Position numbers and translations under genes: made by a program. From the IMG/VR virus record IMGVR_UViG_3300044513_001450, positions 1 through 26,450 of that record: 26,450 bases of DNA. One strand, 5' to 3'. Below, one piece after another: positions 15,626 to 24,282 of this stretch. Positions within the stretch are counted from its first letter, which is position 1, and each line of letters opens with the position of its first letter. Below the pieces are notes generated by a model. It was not told where the DNA came from. It saw only the letters and a list, made by a program, of their open reading frames with translations, and made no database searches. Source of the DNA: a virus (Duplodnaviria > Caudoviricetes).

Positions 15626-16944
15626 TAAATCTTCTCCCCTGGCTCAAAGCCTCGGAATGTTTTAAAGCGTGGAAAACGCAAACTGTATGTTCCATCTTGA
15701 TTCTGTGTCACAGCGTCTGCACGTACTTCAACCAACTGACCAATAAGAGCATCGCGACCAGACCAAAATACGGATCTGTTATCATCCGTGAAGCCACTAC
15801 CAACATTAACCCTAATGTTCTTCCCGTCATCTTCGCCACTGCATACAACAGCCCCAAGTCTTCCTTCGTTTCGTCCTGTACCTTCTTCGACATCAACAAC
15901 CTCCAATGTTACTTCGATAAATGGTTTTGCTTTGAGCCAAGCATGTGTACGCTTACACTCATACGGTGCATCAATGTCCTTAATCATAACACCTTCGTAG
16001 CCACCGTCTACAGCCGCTTTATTAAGCTCTACAAAGCGTTGTTCGCCTTCTGGTGTGTCTAAATCAACATCTTCCCATTCACATGCTACAACATGCTCTA
16101 AGAGGTCTTCATTTTCTAACACCCAGTATTTGACTAAGTTACTACGATATGTTTGTGGCTTATCCCACCCACCTTCTAAAAAGTCTTTCAACGGAATAAA
16201 ATCAAACAAGTGTAGTACAGCATCATTTGCTTTCTTGCCATCCTTGCGTTGCAGTTGCTTCATAAGGTCTTGGAAGTCTGCACTCATCACTTCGCCATCT
16301 AACACACAGTCATATGGTGCAGGCTTTGCCGCCAGTACTGCTTCAATCTCTTTAATGATGTGCGGAAAGTTATGAAACTGTTTTCCATTGCGTGAGAATA
16401 GTTCTACCTTGCTGCCTTTGCACACTGCTAGTACTCTTACACCGTCTAGTTTGACTTCAATCTGCTTCTTACCAACCATCTTCTTTTCATGGTTAGCAGA
16501 GTCATGTGCTAATGCACAAGTAAATGTAGGTACAGCATACTGTGGAAACTTTTTAGCAATCTTGTTTACAGTCTTTTCACTACAACCACACCGTAGGTCT
16601 TTGATTAAGATACGTCTATAAAATCCATTCCACTGTTCAGTAGTAGCAACACCCATTGCTAATATAATAGCATCACGTGCCGCATGTCCTGTAAGCTCTC
16701 TGGCAATAAGTTGATCTGCTAATGTTTTAAAGTTTTCCCATGATAGTCCTTGCCCTGTAAGAACATCTGTACGTTCAGGAACTTGTTTAACACCAAATGT
16801 AACAAGTGGATCAAGTGCCATACGTACACCTTCAAAGAACTCGTCTAGTCCTTCTTCCATTGCTTCTAAGATTACTTGTTCTTTTGCTAGACGACTGTTG
16901 TCTGCTTCTAGTCTTGCAATAATCTCTTGTGGTTGTGTTCGCAT
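15625..16944 (-). CDS. lig: ATP-dependent DNA ligase (T4 gp30-like)
   Basis: Motif I EVKLDGVR, SRNGK, LDGE, LFD, EGVMIK, WLKAKP, and OB domain VGSGF...VEVRAD...SLRFPRF. Confidence 0.95.
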   Translation of the reverse strand: MRTQPQEIIARLEADNSRLAKEQVILEAMEEGLDEFFEGVRMALDPLVTFGVKQVPERTDVLTGQGLSWENFKTLADQLIARELTGHAARDAIILAMGVATTEQWNGFYRRILIKDLRCGCSEKTVNKIAKKFPQYAVPTFTCALAHDSANHEKKMVGKKQIEVKLDGVRVLAVCKGSKVELFSRNGKQFHNFPHIIKEIEAVLAAKPAPYDCVLDGEVMSADFQDLMKQLQRKDGKKANDAVLHLFDFIPLKDFLEGGWDKPQTYRSNLVKYWVLENEDLLEHVVACEWEDVDLDTPEGEQRFVELNKAAVDGGYEGVMIKDIDAPYECKRTHAWLKAKPFIEVTLEVVDVEEGTGRNEGRLGAVVCSGEDDGKNIRVNVGSGFTDDNRSVFWSGRDALIGQLVEVRADAVTQNQDGTYSLRFPRFKTFRGFEPGEKI

Positions 16945-17124
16945 TTAAATATCTTCCTCTGCCCATTTGATTTTTTTAAAGGTGTACTGTTCGGTGCCCC
17001 ATTTTGCAGGGGCACCAAACTTTATAATAGTTTTAGCAAGTGCTTGATTTTCATCTTCTGCATACTCATATCCAAAAAACTCATCGTTGCTGAACACTTC
17101 CCAGGTGCGTTGTACTGCCCACAT
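16945..17124 (-). CDS. Hypothetical protein, 59 aa (missing from the ORF track)
   Basis: Hand translation MWAVQRTWEVFSNDEFFGYEYAEDENQALAKTIIKFGAPAKWGTEQYTFKKIKWAEEDI*. TAATG coupling upstream; its stop abuts the ligase ATG. Confidence 0.7.
   Translation of the reverse strand: MWAVQRTWEVFSNDEFFGYEYAEDENQALAKTIIKFGAPAKWGTEQYTFKKIKWAEEDI
16989..17020. repeat. GC-rich inverted repeat (12-bp stem, 8-nt loop)
   Basis: GTTCGGTGCCCC-ATTTTGCA-GGGGCACCAAAC. In the minus-strand RNA all 12 positions pair (one G-U). Confidence 0.7.
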
Positions 17125-17648
17125 TAGTTAGTCCTCAACTCTTCGATGTTAACAGGAGTATAGTTAGTCTGCTCTACGCACACACATTTGTATGGGCCAT
17201 CTGGACTTGGGTTCTGGTGTATGTGACCGTGGACGTTCACCATACTACCTTCGCCAAATCTATGACTTTCCTTTAGTGTACTCTGGTGTACAGGAACGTG
17301 TGTTAGCAGTAACCCAAACTCACTAAAGTCTCTCCACAAACTAACCTTTTGAAAGTGTGGAGCAAGTACTTTGATGTTGTCGTGGTTACCAACAACCAGC
17401 CGTTTCTTGCCATTGAGTCTTTTAAAGTTTTCATCTAACCACTTGTCTTTGTCCAGCCCAAAAAGCACGTCACCCAAGTGATACACTTTATCCTGGGGCT
17501 TAACAACACTGTTCCAGTTGGCAATCATAGTTTCGTTCATATCTTCAACATCAACAAAGTCTCTACAAGGCTTGCCCACTTTATCCTCAAACTTTAAGAT
17601 ATTATCGTGGTTAAAGTGTGTATCACTTATTACCCATATATCTGCCAT
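17124..17648 (-). CDS. Calcineurin-like metallophosphoesterase
   Basis: ISDTHFNH, YHLGD, VGNHD, LTHVP and VHGHIH motifs. Confidence 0.92.
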   Translation of the reverse strand: MADIWVISDTHFNHDNILKFEDKVGKPCRDFVDVEDMNETMIANWNSVVKPQDKVYHLGDVLFGLDKDKWLDENFKRLNGKKRLVVGNHDNIKVLAPHFQKVSLWRDFSEFGLLLTHVPVHQSTLKESHRFGEGSMVNVHGHIHQNPSPDGPYKCVCVEQTNYTPVNIEELRTN

Positions 17649-17679
17649 ACTGTGCCTCTTGTTTTATTGCCTACAAACT

Positions 17680-17708
17680 AACATAACACATTACCTTTCG
17701 GGTGTCAA
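17680..17708 (-). promoter_or_regulatory. Sigma70-type promoter for the phosphoesterase-ligase operon
   Basis: TTGACA (17703-17708), 17-nt spacer ending TGT, TATGTT (17680-17685). Confidence 0.68.
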
Positions 17709-18488
17709 CCTAAAATGCCTTGGAATGATGTTAGCCCAAGCCCTATGTGCATGTTCTAAAGGATGCAGTCCAGGACCAAGTTCAAACTGTTGTCTAACAG
17801 AGTACTCATAAAATCCTTGTGCAGGGTTAGTAGGAATGTAGTATATATTATATTTTAATACACGTTGGATTAGAGAATCGGTGTATATGTCACTTGATTT
17901 TATATTGCTTTCAATATCAGAACCAAAGCCAAAGCATTGTACACTTTTTATACGATGTAGCCTCAAAAACATATTAGTTGCTTCAATGTCTGCCAACGAC
18001 TCATACAAATGATTTATAGGCTCATTATGATGTGTGTATATTTCATCTGCAATCGTATCCAAATGATTGTCTTTTAATATGGTTCTACGTTCGTCACTGT
18101 TTGCTAGTTTTCCTGTAGGAGATTTTAATCCTCTAGTAGTATCACTAGGTAGTAGTGTAAAATAGTTGTCGCCTCTGTCAAGTTTAGGATTAGATAATAA
18201 AAACTCTCGTCTGTAAAAACTAGTCCACATAATAAAGACTAGCATTTCATCAGATTTATATGTTTCTAGTAGTTCTAGTATATTGTGTATTGTTCTTCTG
18301 CGAATACCTCTATTGCTAGTACCTGTTGTTGCCCTAGACATTTTTTTAGCATTTGGATAATATTTGTTTTTAATAATGTCAGTCCAAGTACTATCACAAT
18401 TTTCAACACCATCTGGCTCCATTTCCCAACTCTTGTGTTCTGCGCCTGCACCTAAACTACATCCGTCATTGTAGATTATTTTAATCAT
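17691..18488 (-). CDS. SGNH/GDSL-like protein
   Basis: YNDGCSLGAG, ATTGTSNRGI, FIMWTSFYRRE and C-terminal GLHPLEHAHRAWA. Confidence 0.7.
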   Translation of the reverse strand: MIKIIYNDGCSLGAGAEHKSWEMEPDGVENCDSTWTDIIKNKYYPNAKKMSRATTGTSNRGIRRRTIHNILELLETYKSDEMLVFIMWTSFYRREFLLSNPKLDRGDNYFTLLPSDTTRGLKSPTGKLANSDERRTILKDNHLDTIADEIYTHHNEPINHLYESLADIEATNMFLRLHRIKSVQCFGFGSDIESNIKSSDIYTDSLIQRVLKYNIYYIPTNPAQGFYEYSVRQQFELGPGLHPLEHAHRAWANIIPRHFRLTPER

Positions 18489-19474
18489 TATAGATTCCTA
18501 AACAAAATTAATGTTTCGTCGTCAGGTCCTTGTGCATATGCCCACTTGCTTATTTTTTTTCCTGTTCTACGTTCGACTTCAGCATTCATAGCAGAAACTT
18601 TTATTTTGGCTATACTTTTATCAACAGGCTTTACAAACTGAAAATATATTTTATCTTCTGTGACATCTATTAATATTTTTCCTTTGATGCGATATTTACT
18701 GGGCAAGTCATTGAGATCGTTGTAGTTGATAGTTTCAGGATTAACAACAGGTGTTATAAGACCATTGTCCCAACAGTTGATGCGCAAGTTATTAATACTA
18801 ATACTTTTTAGCAATGCTACTTCAACAAAACTATAGCAAGTTTCAATAGATGGCACAAGAACACAGTCAATACCTTGCATTTGCACAACTTTTAATATCC
18901 GATGCATACCTTCGACAACATCATTAAATCCCAAGCAGGTGTGTGTTTCAACAGCATCATTCATCAATGCCGGCAGCATAAAGTCTACAATCAGCTCAGG
19001 TTGAATATTATATTTTGTGTGCAGAACATTTCCGTGTATAGTTATTGTTGGTATTTTTGTTTTACCTATTATCGTTGAAGTTCCTGTTTGTGTATATTCT
19101 ACAACACTGTCAAACTTATGATCTGACAAATCATGATAACTATAGTTTCGATGTTTAGTAAATCCTTTGGTATCTAGTATTAAATCTGGAAGTGTGTGTA
19201 TTAGTAAATCAGGATTTGATGCAACTATGTTTAAATCAAGTTCGGTAGCAGCCAATATCATTGCAAATGTATCAAAACCACTTTGATTCATATAGAACAT
19301 TATATTATCAAATGGTTTGAGTTTTAAGAAATTAAAGTAAACATTTTTCCAATAATCAATACGAGTGTACAATGATCCTATTTTTACAGTTTTTTCTTCA
19401 GGAAAGCCCAATCGAAAGTTAAACTCATTGCTACGATATCTAAAGTTTTTGCTTACTATATTTCTATTCAACAT
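18488..19474 (-). CDS. Hypothetical protein, possibly a degenerate ANL (AMP-binding) fold
   Basis: N-terminal LKLKPFDNIMFYMNQSGFDTFAMILAATELDLNIV resembles the acyl-CoA ligase N-terminus; YTQTGTSTIIGKTK is a weak echo of the TSGTTGxPK loop. The CDS is solid, the fold call is weak. Confidence 0.5.
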   Translation of the reverse strand: MLNRNIVSKNFRYRSNEFNFRLGFPEEKTVKIGSLYTRIDYWKNVYFNFLKLKPFDNIMFYMNQSGFDTFAMILAATELDLNIVASNPDLLIHTLPDLILDTKGFTKHRNYSYHDLSDHKFDSVVEYTQTGTSTIIGKTKIPTITIHGNVLHTKYNIQPELIVDFMLPALMNDAVETHTCLGFNDVVEGMHRILKVVQMQGIDCVLVPSIETCYSFVEVALLKSISINNLRINCWDNGLITPVVNPETINYNDLNDLPSKYRIKGKILIDVTEDKIYFQFVKPVDKSIAKIKVSAMNAEVERRTGKKISKWAYAQGPDDETLILFRNL

Positions 19475-20195
19475 AACCCAGCTCCTTGAGATATGTTTCT
19501 AATCTGTCAGCCCATACCTGATGGCCATATTCTCTAAAATGCCAGCAAGGTGTTTTTTTGATTCCTTGGTCTAATAACCATACAACCATTGAATCTTTGT
19601 CACTAGTGATATGCGGATAGTGCAATGTATCTAACTTGTTGATAATATTAGTATTGTATTCTGTTACACTAAGACCTTCACAAGTGTTGCTCATTAGATA
19701 GCGTATATTATTTTTCTTTAGAATACACTGCAAACTGTAAGCGTAGGTTGCCCATTTATCAAACATCATATCGTCATTAAACAAATAAGGAATGTATTTG
19801 ATTAAATGCACAATAGGTTTATATGTATAGATACTTGGCTTAATACCTACAGTAAATGGAACACTTTTAAAGTCAAGATGATCTCCGTAATGTACATAGT
19901 TGTGCAGATCATTTTTTTCAGGATAGCGTAGTTCAATTCTATTAGCACCTGTCCAGTTTATTAGAAACAAATATTCGTTTTGGTTATCCATGTGATTGTT
20001 AATAAAATCTAATACTGTACGAAATATGTGTTGATTACTGCCGCCAGGCTTGCTTATATTAATCAGCTCATATCCATGCCGCTTTGCAAGCATACCTGGA
20101 AAGCCATTGCGCACATTGTATTCACTAGCACTGTTTCTTCCGTCTAACATACTACCATTGGTATGACTACATCCAAATGCAACTAGATATTTCAA
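19464..20195 (-). CDS. SGNH/GDSL-like protein
   Basis: TTG start with GGAGG SD and TTGA overlap. VAFGCSHTNG, NISKPGGSNQHI, LINWTGANRIE and CWHFREYGHQVWA. Confidence 0.72.
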   Translation of the reverse strand: MKYLVAFGCSHTNGSMLDGRNSASEYNVRNGFPGMLAKRHGYELINISKPGGSNQHIFRTVLDFINNHMDNQNEYLFLINWTGANRIELRYPEKNDLHNYVHYGDHLDFKSVPFTVGIKPSIYTYKPIVHLIKYIPYLFNDDMMFDKWATYAYSLQCILKKNNIRYLMSNTCEGLSVTEYNTNIINKLDTLHYPHITSDKDSMVVWLLDQGIKKTPCWHFREYGHQVWADRLETYLKELGYVE

Positions 20196-20782
20196 AGTAC
20201 ACCTCCTGCATTTATTTTACGATAAAGAAAATCTGCCCAAGTGTGCGATTGTAGACTTTGTTGTTCTAAGTAGTATTTCATACTACTGCTTTTATTCAAC
20301 GGATTATGATAGTTTGTTGTTTTTAAACTTTTAATATTTTTTGCATTATGATCGCTAATCTGAATACAATCTTGTGTATTGTACATAAAATATTTACAAT
20401 CATGAAACTCAAATGTTTCTTGTAGAGACAGTGCCATAGTTGACCACTGGCCTGAAGTTAGTATAGGATTAAACAACACTTCATCACCTCTGTGCATACC
20501 ATTAATACTATTGTCATTGTATACACGCTTGTCAGGACGATATGTAAAGTACTCATCCTTCCAAAATATGTCTTGTCTTTGTTGCGATGTCCATCCAACT
20601 AAGAAAAAATATTCGCTTGTATTATTTTCACATATGAACTTTACAACATCACTGAATATTCTTTGGTTGCTTGTATCTTCTAGTCCGTTGTTCACTACAG
20701 ACATGCCTAGTTGCTTTGCTAATAAGTCAACATGGTTTTTTTTGGTTATAGTTAGTTCGTCACCAAAACTTACTAGTTTCAA
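20192..20782 (-). CDS. SGNH-like protein lacking catalytic residues
   Basis: Likely TTG start at 20782 (TTGA overlap, GGAG upstream). LVSFGDELT has Glu at the Ser position; SNQRIF and VGWTSQQRQD are retained; the HP motif is absent. Confidence 0.62.
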   Translation of the reverse strand: MKLVSFGDELTITKKNHVDLLAKQLGMSVVNNGLEDTSNQRIFSDVVKFICENNTSEYFFLVGWTSQQRQDIFWKDEYFTYRPDKRVYNDNSINGMHRGDEVLFNPILTSGQWSTMALSLQETFEFHDCKYFMYNTQDCIQISDHNAKNIKSLKTTNYHNPLNKSSSMKYYLEQQSLQSHTWADFLYRKINAGGVL

Positions 20783-22116
20783 AAATATTTCTCCATCCAC
20801 GGAATATACTCAACAATGTTAAGTTTTCTAAACTTGTCACTGGCATTGGTATTATCAATAAAGTGTTTCCAATCTGTCTCGTCTTGCGGCTGATTTAAAA
20901 TATTTTTCAAGTTGATAATATTATCAACAGCCCATTGCTCCCAGTCTGGTAGTTTGGCATTTTTAAACTTTTGATGTTGCTCTTCCAGCATCTTGTTCAT
21001 CAACACTTTGCGATCTTCAGGTAAGTTGCGTATATTCAAATGACGAGGAAAATCTACAATGTTAAAGTGTGGCAGACAGTTTTGGTATCCGTAGTTGCCC
21101 CAATCCCATTCGTAGTGCCATGTATCGTATTGCTGTTTACACCAATCAAGTAAGTTAGGCAAGTCATGCAAGTTTAGCAAACTAAGTGTAACATGTGTAT
21201 GTACTAGCACACCTTTGCGTGTACGGCTAAACTCAGCTAGTTTTTTTGTATTCTTTTCTATTATTTTCCATTTAGTCGGATGTCTAACATAGTATGCTAA
21301 ATCGCCTATAGCATCTATACTTAGGCTTAGTATAACACCTTTAAACTTGTCCCAAATAGCCAACAGCCTATCGGGTATAGTTGTACCGTTGGTATTGTAA
21401 TGAAGTTCGATATCTTTACTCCATCCTTGATCGACTATGTGTTCTAACCAAGCATAGTGTTCTTCAACTACCAATGGCTCGCCACCTATAAAGTTAATAA
21501 CTTTGACATTAGGCAGTACTTCATCAAAAAATCCTTCAGCAAATGCTTTAATAAACCAAGGCTTGTCGCTGCTCATTTTAGCAATCATATATGCTGTGTC
21601 ATCCCAATCAGTGTGTGGTACTGTAGGACCTTCTTCTATCCATCTATGGCTTGCCCACGGATTGCAACTTCTGCATTTTAGGTTACAAATGTTTCCTAAA
21701 CTAATATCTAAATATGTAACGGCTTGCGCATCTAAATGACCTTCTTCGTCGACATGTTTTAAACTAGTGTCTATTTGATCTTCGTATATTTCATTCCATG
21801 TTTGTCTAAAACTACGTATGCCTTGATCCTCAAGTTCAAAACAACTACGACATCCTTCCGGAACTTCGTCATTTAGTAGTTGCTTGCGTATTTCTTTGGC
21901 TTTTGGATCATTAATAAAGTCTTCAAGATCAGGACTATTCCAGTTATGATGTTCTCTCCAATAAGGCACAGAATGTACATCAACTCCTGGCATGTATGCA
22001 TTAGTTTCTACTCTACTGAAACAACACGGTCTAGTGCGTCCATGCGAGTGTGTACTGTATCCTTGCATACTAAAGTAACAAAAGTTTTTTGGTAGTTTAT
22101 CTAATTTGTTTTGCAT
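20779..22116 (-). CDS. Radical SAM protein with N-terminal SPASM/twitch-like Cys domain
   Basis: Start likely ATG 22116 (MQNKLDKLPKNFC). FC...GRTRPCC...GCRSCFELE, then CNLKCRSC (CX3CX2C), GGEP, YNTNGT and SIDA. Confidence 0.88.
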   Translation of the reverse strand: MQNKLDKLPKNFCYFSMQGYSTHSHGRTRPCCFSRVETNAYMPGVDVHSVPYWREHHNWNSPDLEDFINDPKAKEIRKQLLNDEVPEGCRSCFELEDQGIRSFRQTWNEIYEDQIDTSLKHVDEEGHLDAQAVTYLDISLGNICNLKCRSCNPWASHRWIEEGPTVPHTDWDDTAYMIAKMSSDKPWFIKAFAEGFFDEVLPNVKVINFIGGEPLVVEEHYAWLEHIVDQGWSKDIELHYNTNGTTIPDRLLAIWDKFKGVILSLSIDAIGDLAYYVRHPTKWKIIEKNTKKLAEFSRTRKGVLVHTHVTLSLLNLHDLPNLLDWCKQQYDTWHYEWDWGNYGYQNCLPHFNIVDFPRHLNIRNLPEDRKVLMNKMLEEQHQKFKNAKLPDWEQWAVDNIINLKNILNQPQDETDWKHFIDNTNASDKFRKLNIVEYIPWMEKYF

Positions 22117-23089
22117 ATTCTGGCCTTGCTTTACTAATGTTAAAATCTGCTGCACAATGACAATGCGATTTAGGACACCACACTCCTTCACTCATTGTAG
22201 TATTGAATTCGCCTTGCACAATATTTCCAACAACTGGTCCTACTCCACAACTTGCTTGCTGTATTTTTCCATTAGGATGTATATGCAAACTTTCATGTAT
22301 ATTACACAGCCAACCTTCAAAGAAGTTTTTGCCATTTGTAATGATACCGTTTGTATCTATAGGTTCAACAGTGTCATCTTCATATTGTACTTTTGCCCAA
22401 GCATAACTAGGATCTTTCTTTATAGGAATACTCTGCTGTTGTACTGTGCTGTTGGTTTGGAAAAACTCCATCTGCCAAGGTTCGTCATAATGGTAAGGAT
22501 CTGTGCTAGGACGTAGTTCGTCATAGACTGGTGCATACTCAATCATGTAGTTGTCGCACTCTTCTTTGATCCTATCACCAAAATCAATACACTGTTGAAA
22601 ATGATCGTGATGCATCATAATACGTGAACACAAATAGTTTTTCTTGTCTTGTAGAAACTTGTACACTTCCATGTACTTGTCGTCTTTGCTCCATTCAGCA
22701 TGATAACTAGCAACTACATCTTCAAACAAATGATGATGATCTTTCCACCAACTCAGTGGTTTACTAAAGTTAGTATTAATACCCACACAACTGCCTGGCC
22801 ATTCTGCATGTTCTCTAAACTTTTCTACAACAGGAATCAACGCTTTCCAAAAAGTAGGTTCACCACCACTCAAATATAGTTTAAAATATTTGTAGCCTTT
22901 GGCTTTGTAGTGCAACATGATACGTTCTAATGTATCAACTATTAATGGAATATCACTGTCATTCTTGTTGCGGCCTGCCCAGTTCCATTCACTACAATAA
23001 GTACAACGAAAGTTGCACCAATCGTTGACTTGCCACACCAAACTTACCCATTTATCTTTAGCTGGTAAAATAGCTTTTATTTCTTGCAT
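22097..23089 (-). CDS. Radical SAM protein with C-terminal SPASM/twitch-like Cys domain
   Basis: CNFRCTYC, SGGEPT, INTN, ASYH; C-terminal GWLC...IHPNG...ASC...WCPKSHCHCAAD. Confidence 0.88.
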   Translation of the reverse strand: MQEIKAILPAKDKWVSLVWQVNDWCNFRCTYCSEWNWAGRNKNDSDIPLIVDTLERIMLHYKAKGYKYFKLYLSGGEPTFWKALIPVVEKFREHAEWPGSCVGINTNFSKPLSWWKDHHHLFEDVVASYHAEWSKDDKYMEVYKFLQDKKNYLCSRIMMHHDHFQQCIDFGDRIKEECDNYMIEYAPVYDELRPSTDPYHYDEPWQMEFFQTNSTVQQQSIPIKKDPSYAWAKVQYEDDTVEPIDTNGIITNGKNFFEGWLCNIHESLHIHPNGKIQQASCGVGPVVGNIVQGEFNTTMSEGVWCPKSHCHCAADFNISKARPEYAKQIR

Positions 23090-24282
23090 TCTGTTTCCAA
23101 TATGTCATTTAGTAACGGAAATATATCAGCAAACTTGTACTTGCGATATCTATCATTAATACTGATAAACTGTTTCATTCTCTTGAGGTTCTCTACCGAA
23201 TATTTATTAGTATTCTGTGTGTAGTTAATGATTCTTTGAACAGCATCTTGGTGTAGCTTTGTATCCAGCATCATTAGTTTTCCAATAATATTATGCTGTA
23301 GTTCTCTAGGCCAAACACAACTATGCAGTTGATCAGGATGTTCTAAGAAAATAGGAACAAAGTCCACACGTCTTGTTTGTTTTTGTTCTAACCATTTTAT
23401 CAGTTTGTCAACATCAAACACATTCCATGCTTGATACACAAAGTAAATCTTTAGTTGTACTTTTTCAGGCAACCTCATTGCTTTGTCAAAGTTTTCTTCT
23501 ACTTTGTTCCAATCTGTTGGATAGCGTATATACATATTGTGATCGCCATAGCCGTCGATACTCATCTGTATTTCACTAGTGTCAAAGAAATCCAGTTTGT
23601 CATAAAATCCTTCAGGCCATGTTGTCATGTTAGTGGTCCACGCCACGTGACACTTGCGATTGCCTGCTTCGACTAGTTTGTCCAACACATATTGATTTGC
23701 TTGTATCAGTGTAGGCTCGCCGCCTGTCATATATAATCGTTCTAGCGTAGGTGCAACTTGATCTACAAAGTCGCGGAACTCCTGTGTTTCGTACCATGCC
23801 CAGTCGTGTGCTTCTACACTGCGAATCTCATGCTGCCATTGGTCGTCTAACCACTTGGGCACAGTTTCGTTTGCAAGTATTTTCTTACGTTCTTTGTAAA
23901 TGTTGTCGCTGCTAACACTCCAACAACTGTTACACTTTAAGTTGCAGTGATTGCCAAGTCGTAATTCTAAATGTGTTGGATTGCCGTGATTGGGCATACT
24001 ATAGTTTTCATTAGCCCATTGTCTACTACTTTGCAATCCTTTAGCTTCGTGTTCGTAACAACGGTTACATTCCTTAACAGGTTTGCCAGCATACATACTG
24101 GCACGTACATCCAACATGTACTTGCTGTTCCAAATGTTCCACCAATCAGTTTTACCAAGTACTGCATCTTCGCCATCCACTTGAATGTAGTCTTCACTGT
24201 ATACATGACAACATAGTTTGCATCTACCGTCTGTGTTGGTGTGTACATTTATAAACGGGTATATACAAAAAGTATCACTCAC
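23077..24282 (-). CDS. Radical SAM protein with N-terminal SPASM/twitch-like Cys domain
   Basis: Start likely GTG 24282 with AAGGAG at 24289-24294. FCIYPF...DGRCKLCC...ECNRCYEHE, then CNLKCNSC, TGGEPT, TTN and SIDG. Confidence 0.88.
   Translation of the reverse strand: MSDTFCIYPFINVHTNTDGRCKLCCHVYSEDYIQVDGEDAVLGKTDWWNIWNSKYMLDVRASMYAGKPVKECNRCYEHEAKGLQSSRQWANENYSMPNHGNPTHLELRLGNHCNLKCNSCWSVSSDNIYKERKKILANETVPKWLDDQWQHEIRSVEAHDWAWYETQEFRDFVDQVAPTLERLYMTGGEPTLIQANQYVLDKLVEAGNRKCHVAWTTNMTTWPEGFYDKLDFFDTSEIQMSIDGYGDHNMYIRYPTDWNKVEENFDKAMRLPEKVQLKIYFVYQAWNVFDVDKLIKWLEQKQTRRVDFVPIFLEHPDQLHSCVWPRELQHNIIGKLMMLDTKLHQDAVQRIINYTQNTNKYSVENLKRMKQFISINDRYRKYKFADIFPLLNDILETECKK

Noticed and set aside
15625-16944. 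Intein or intron in the DNA ligase
   Set aside because: Length and motif spacing are normal with no insertion.
14965-17124. Small ORFs as RiPP precursor peptides for the radical SAM cluster
   Set aside because: They lie in a separate promoter-defined operon, look like ordinary small phage proteins, and show no leader/core or repeated Cys pattern.
22097-23089. Calling this radical SAM QueE because queD is nearby
   Set aside because: It is longer than typical QueE, has a Cys-rich C-terminal auxiliary domain, and lacks the QueE N-terminal QGEG motif.
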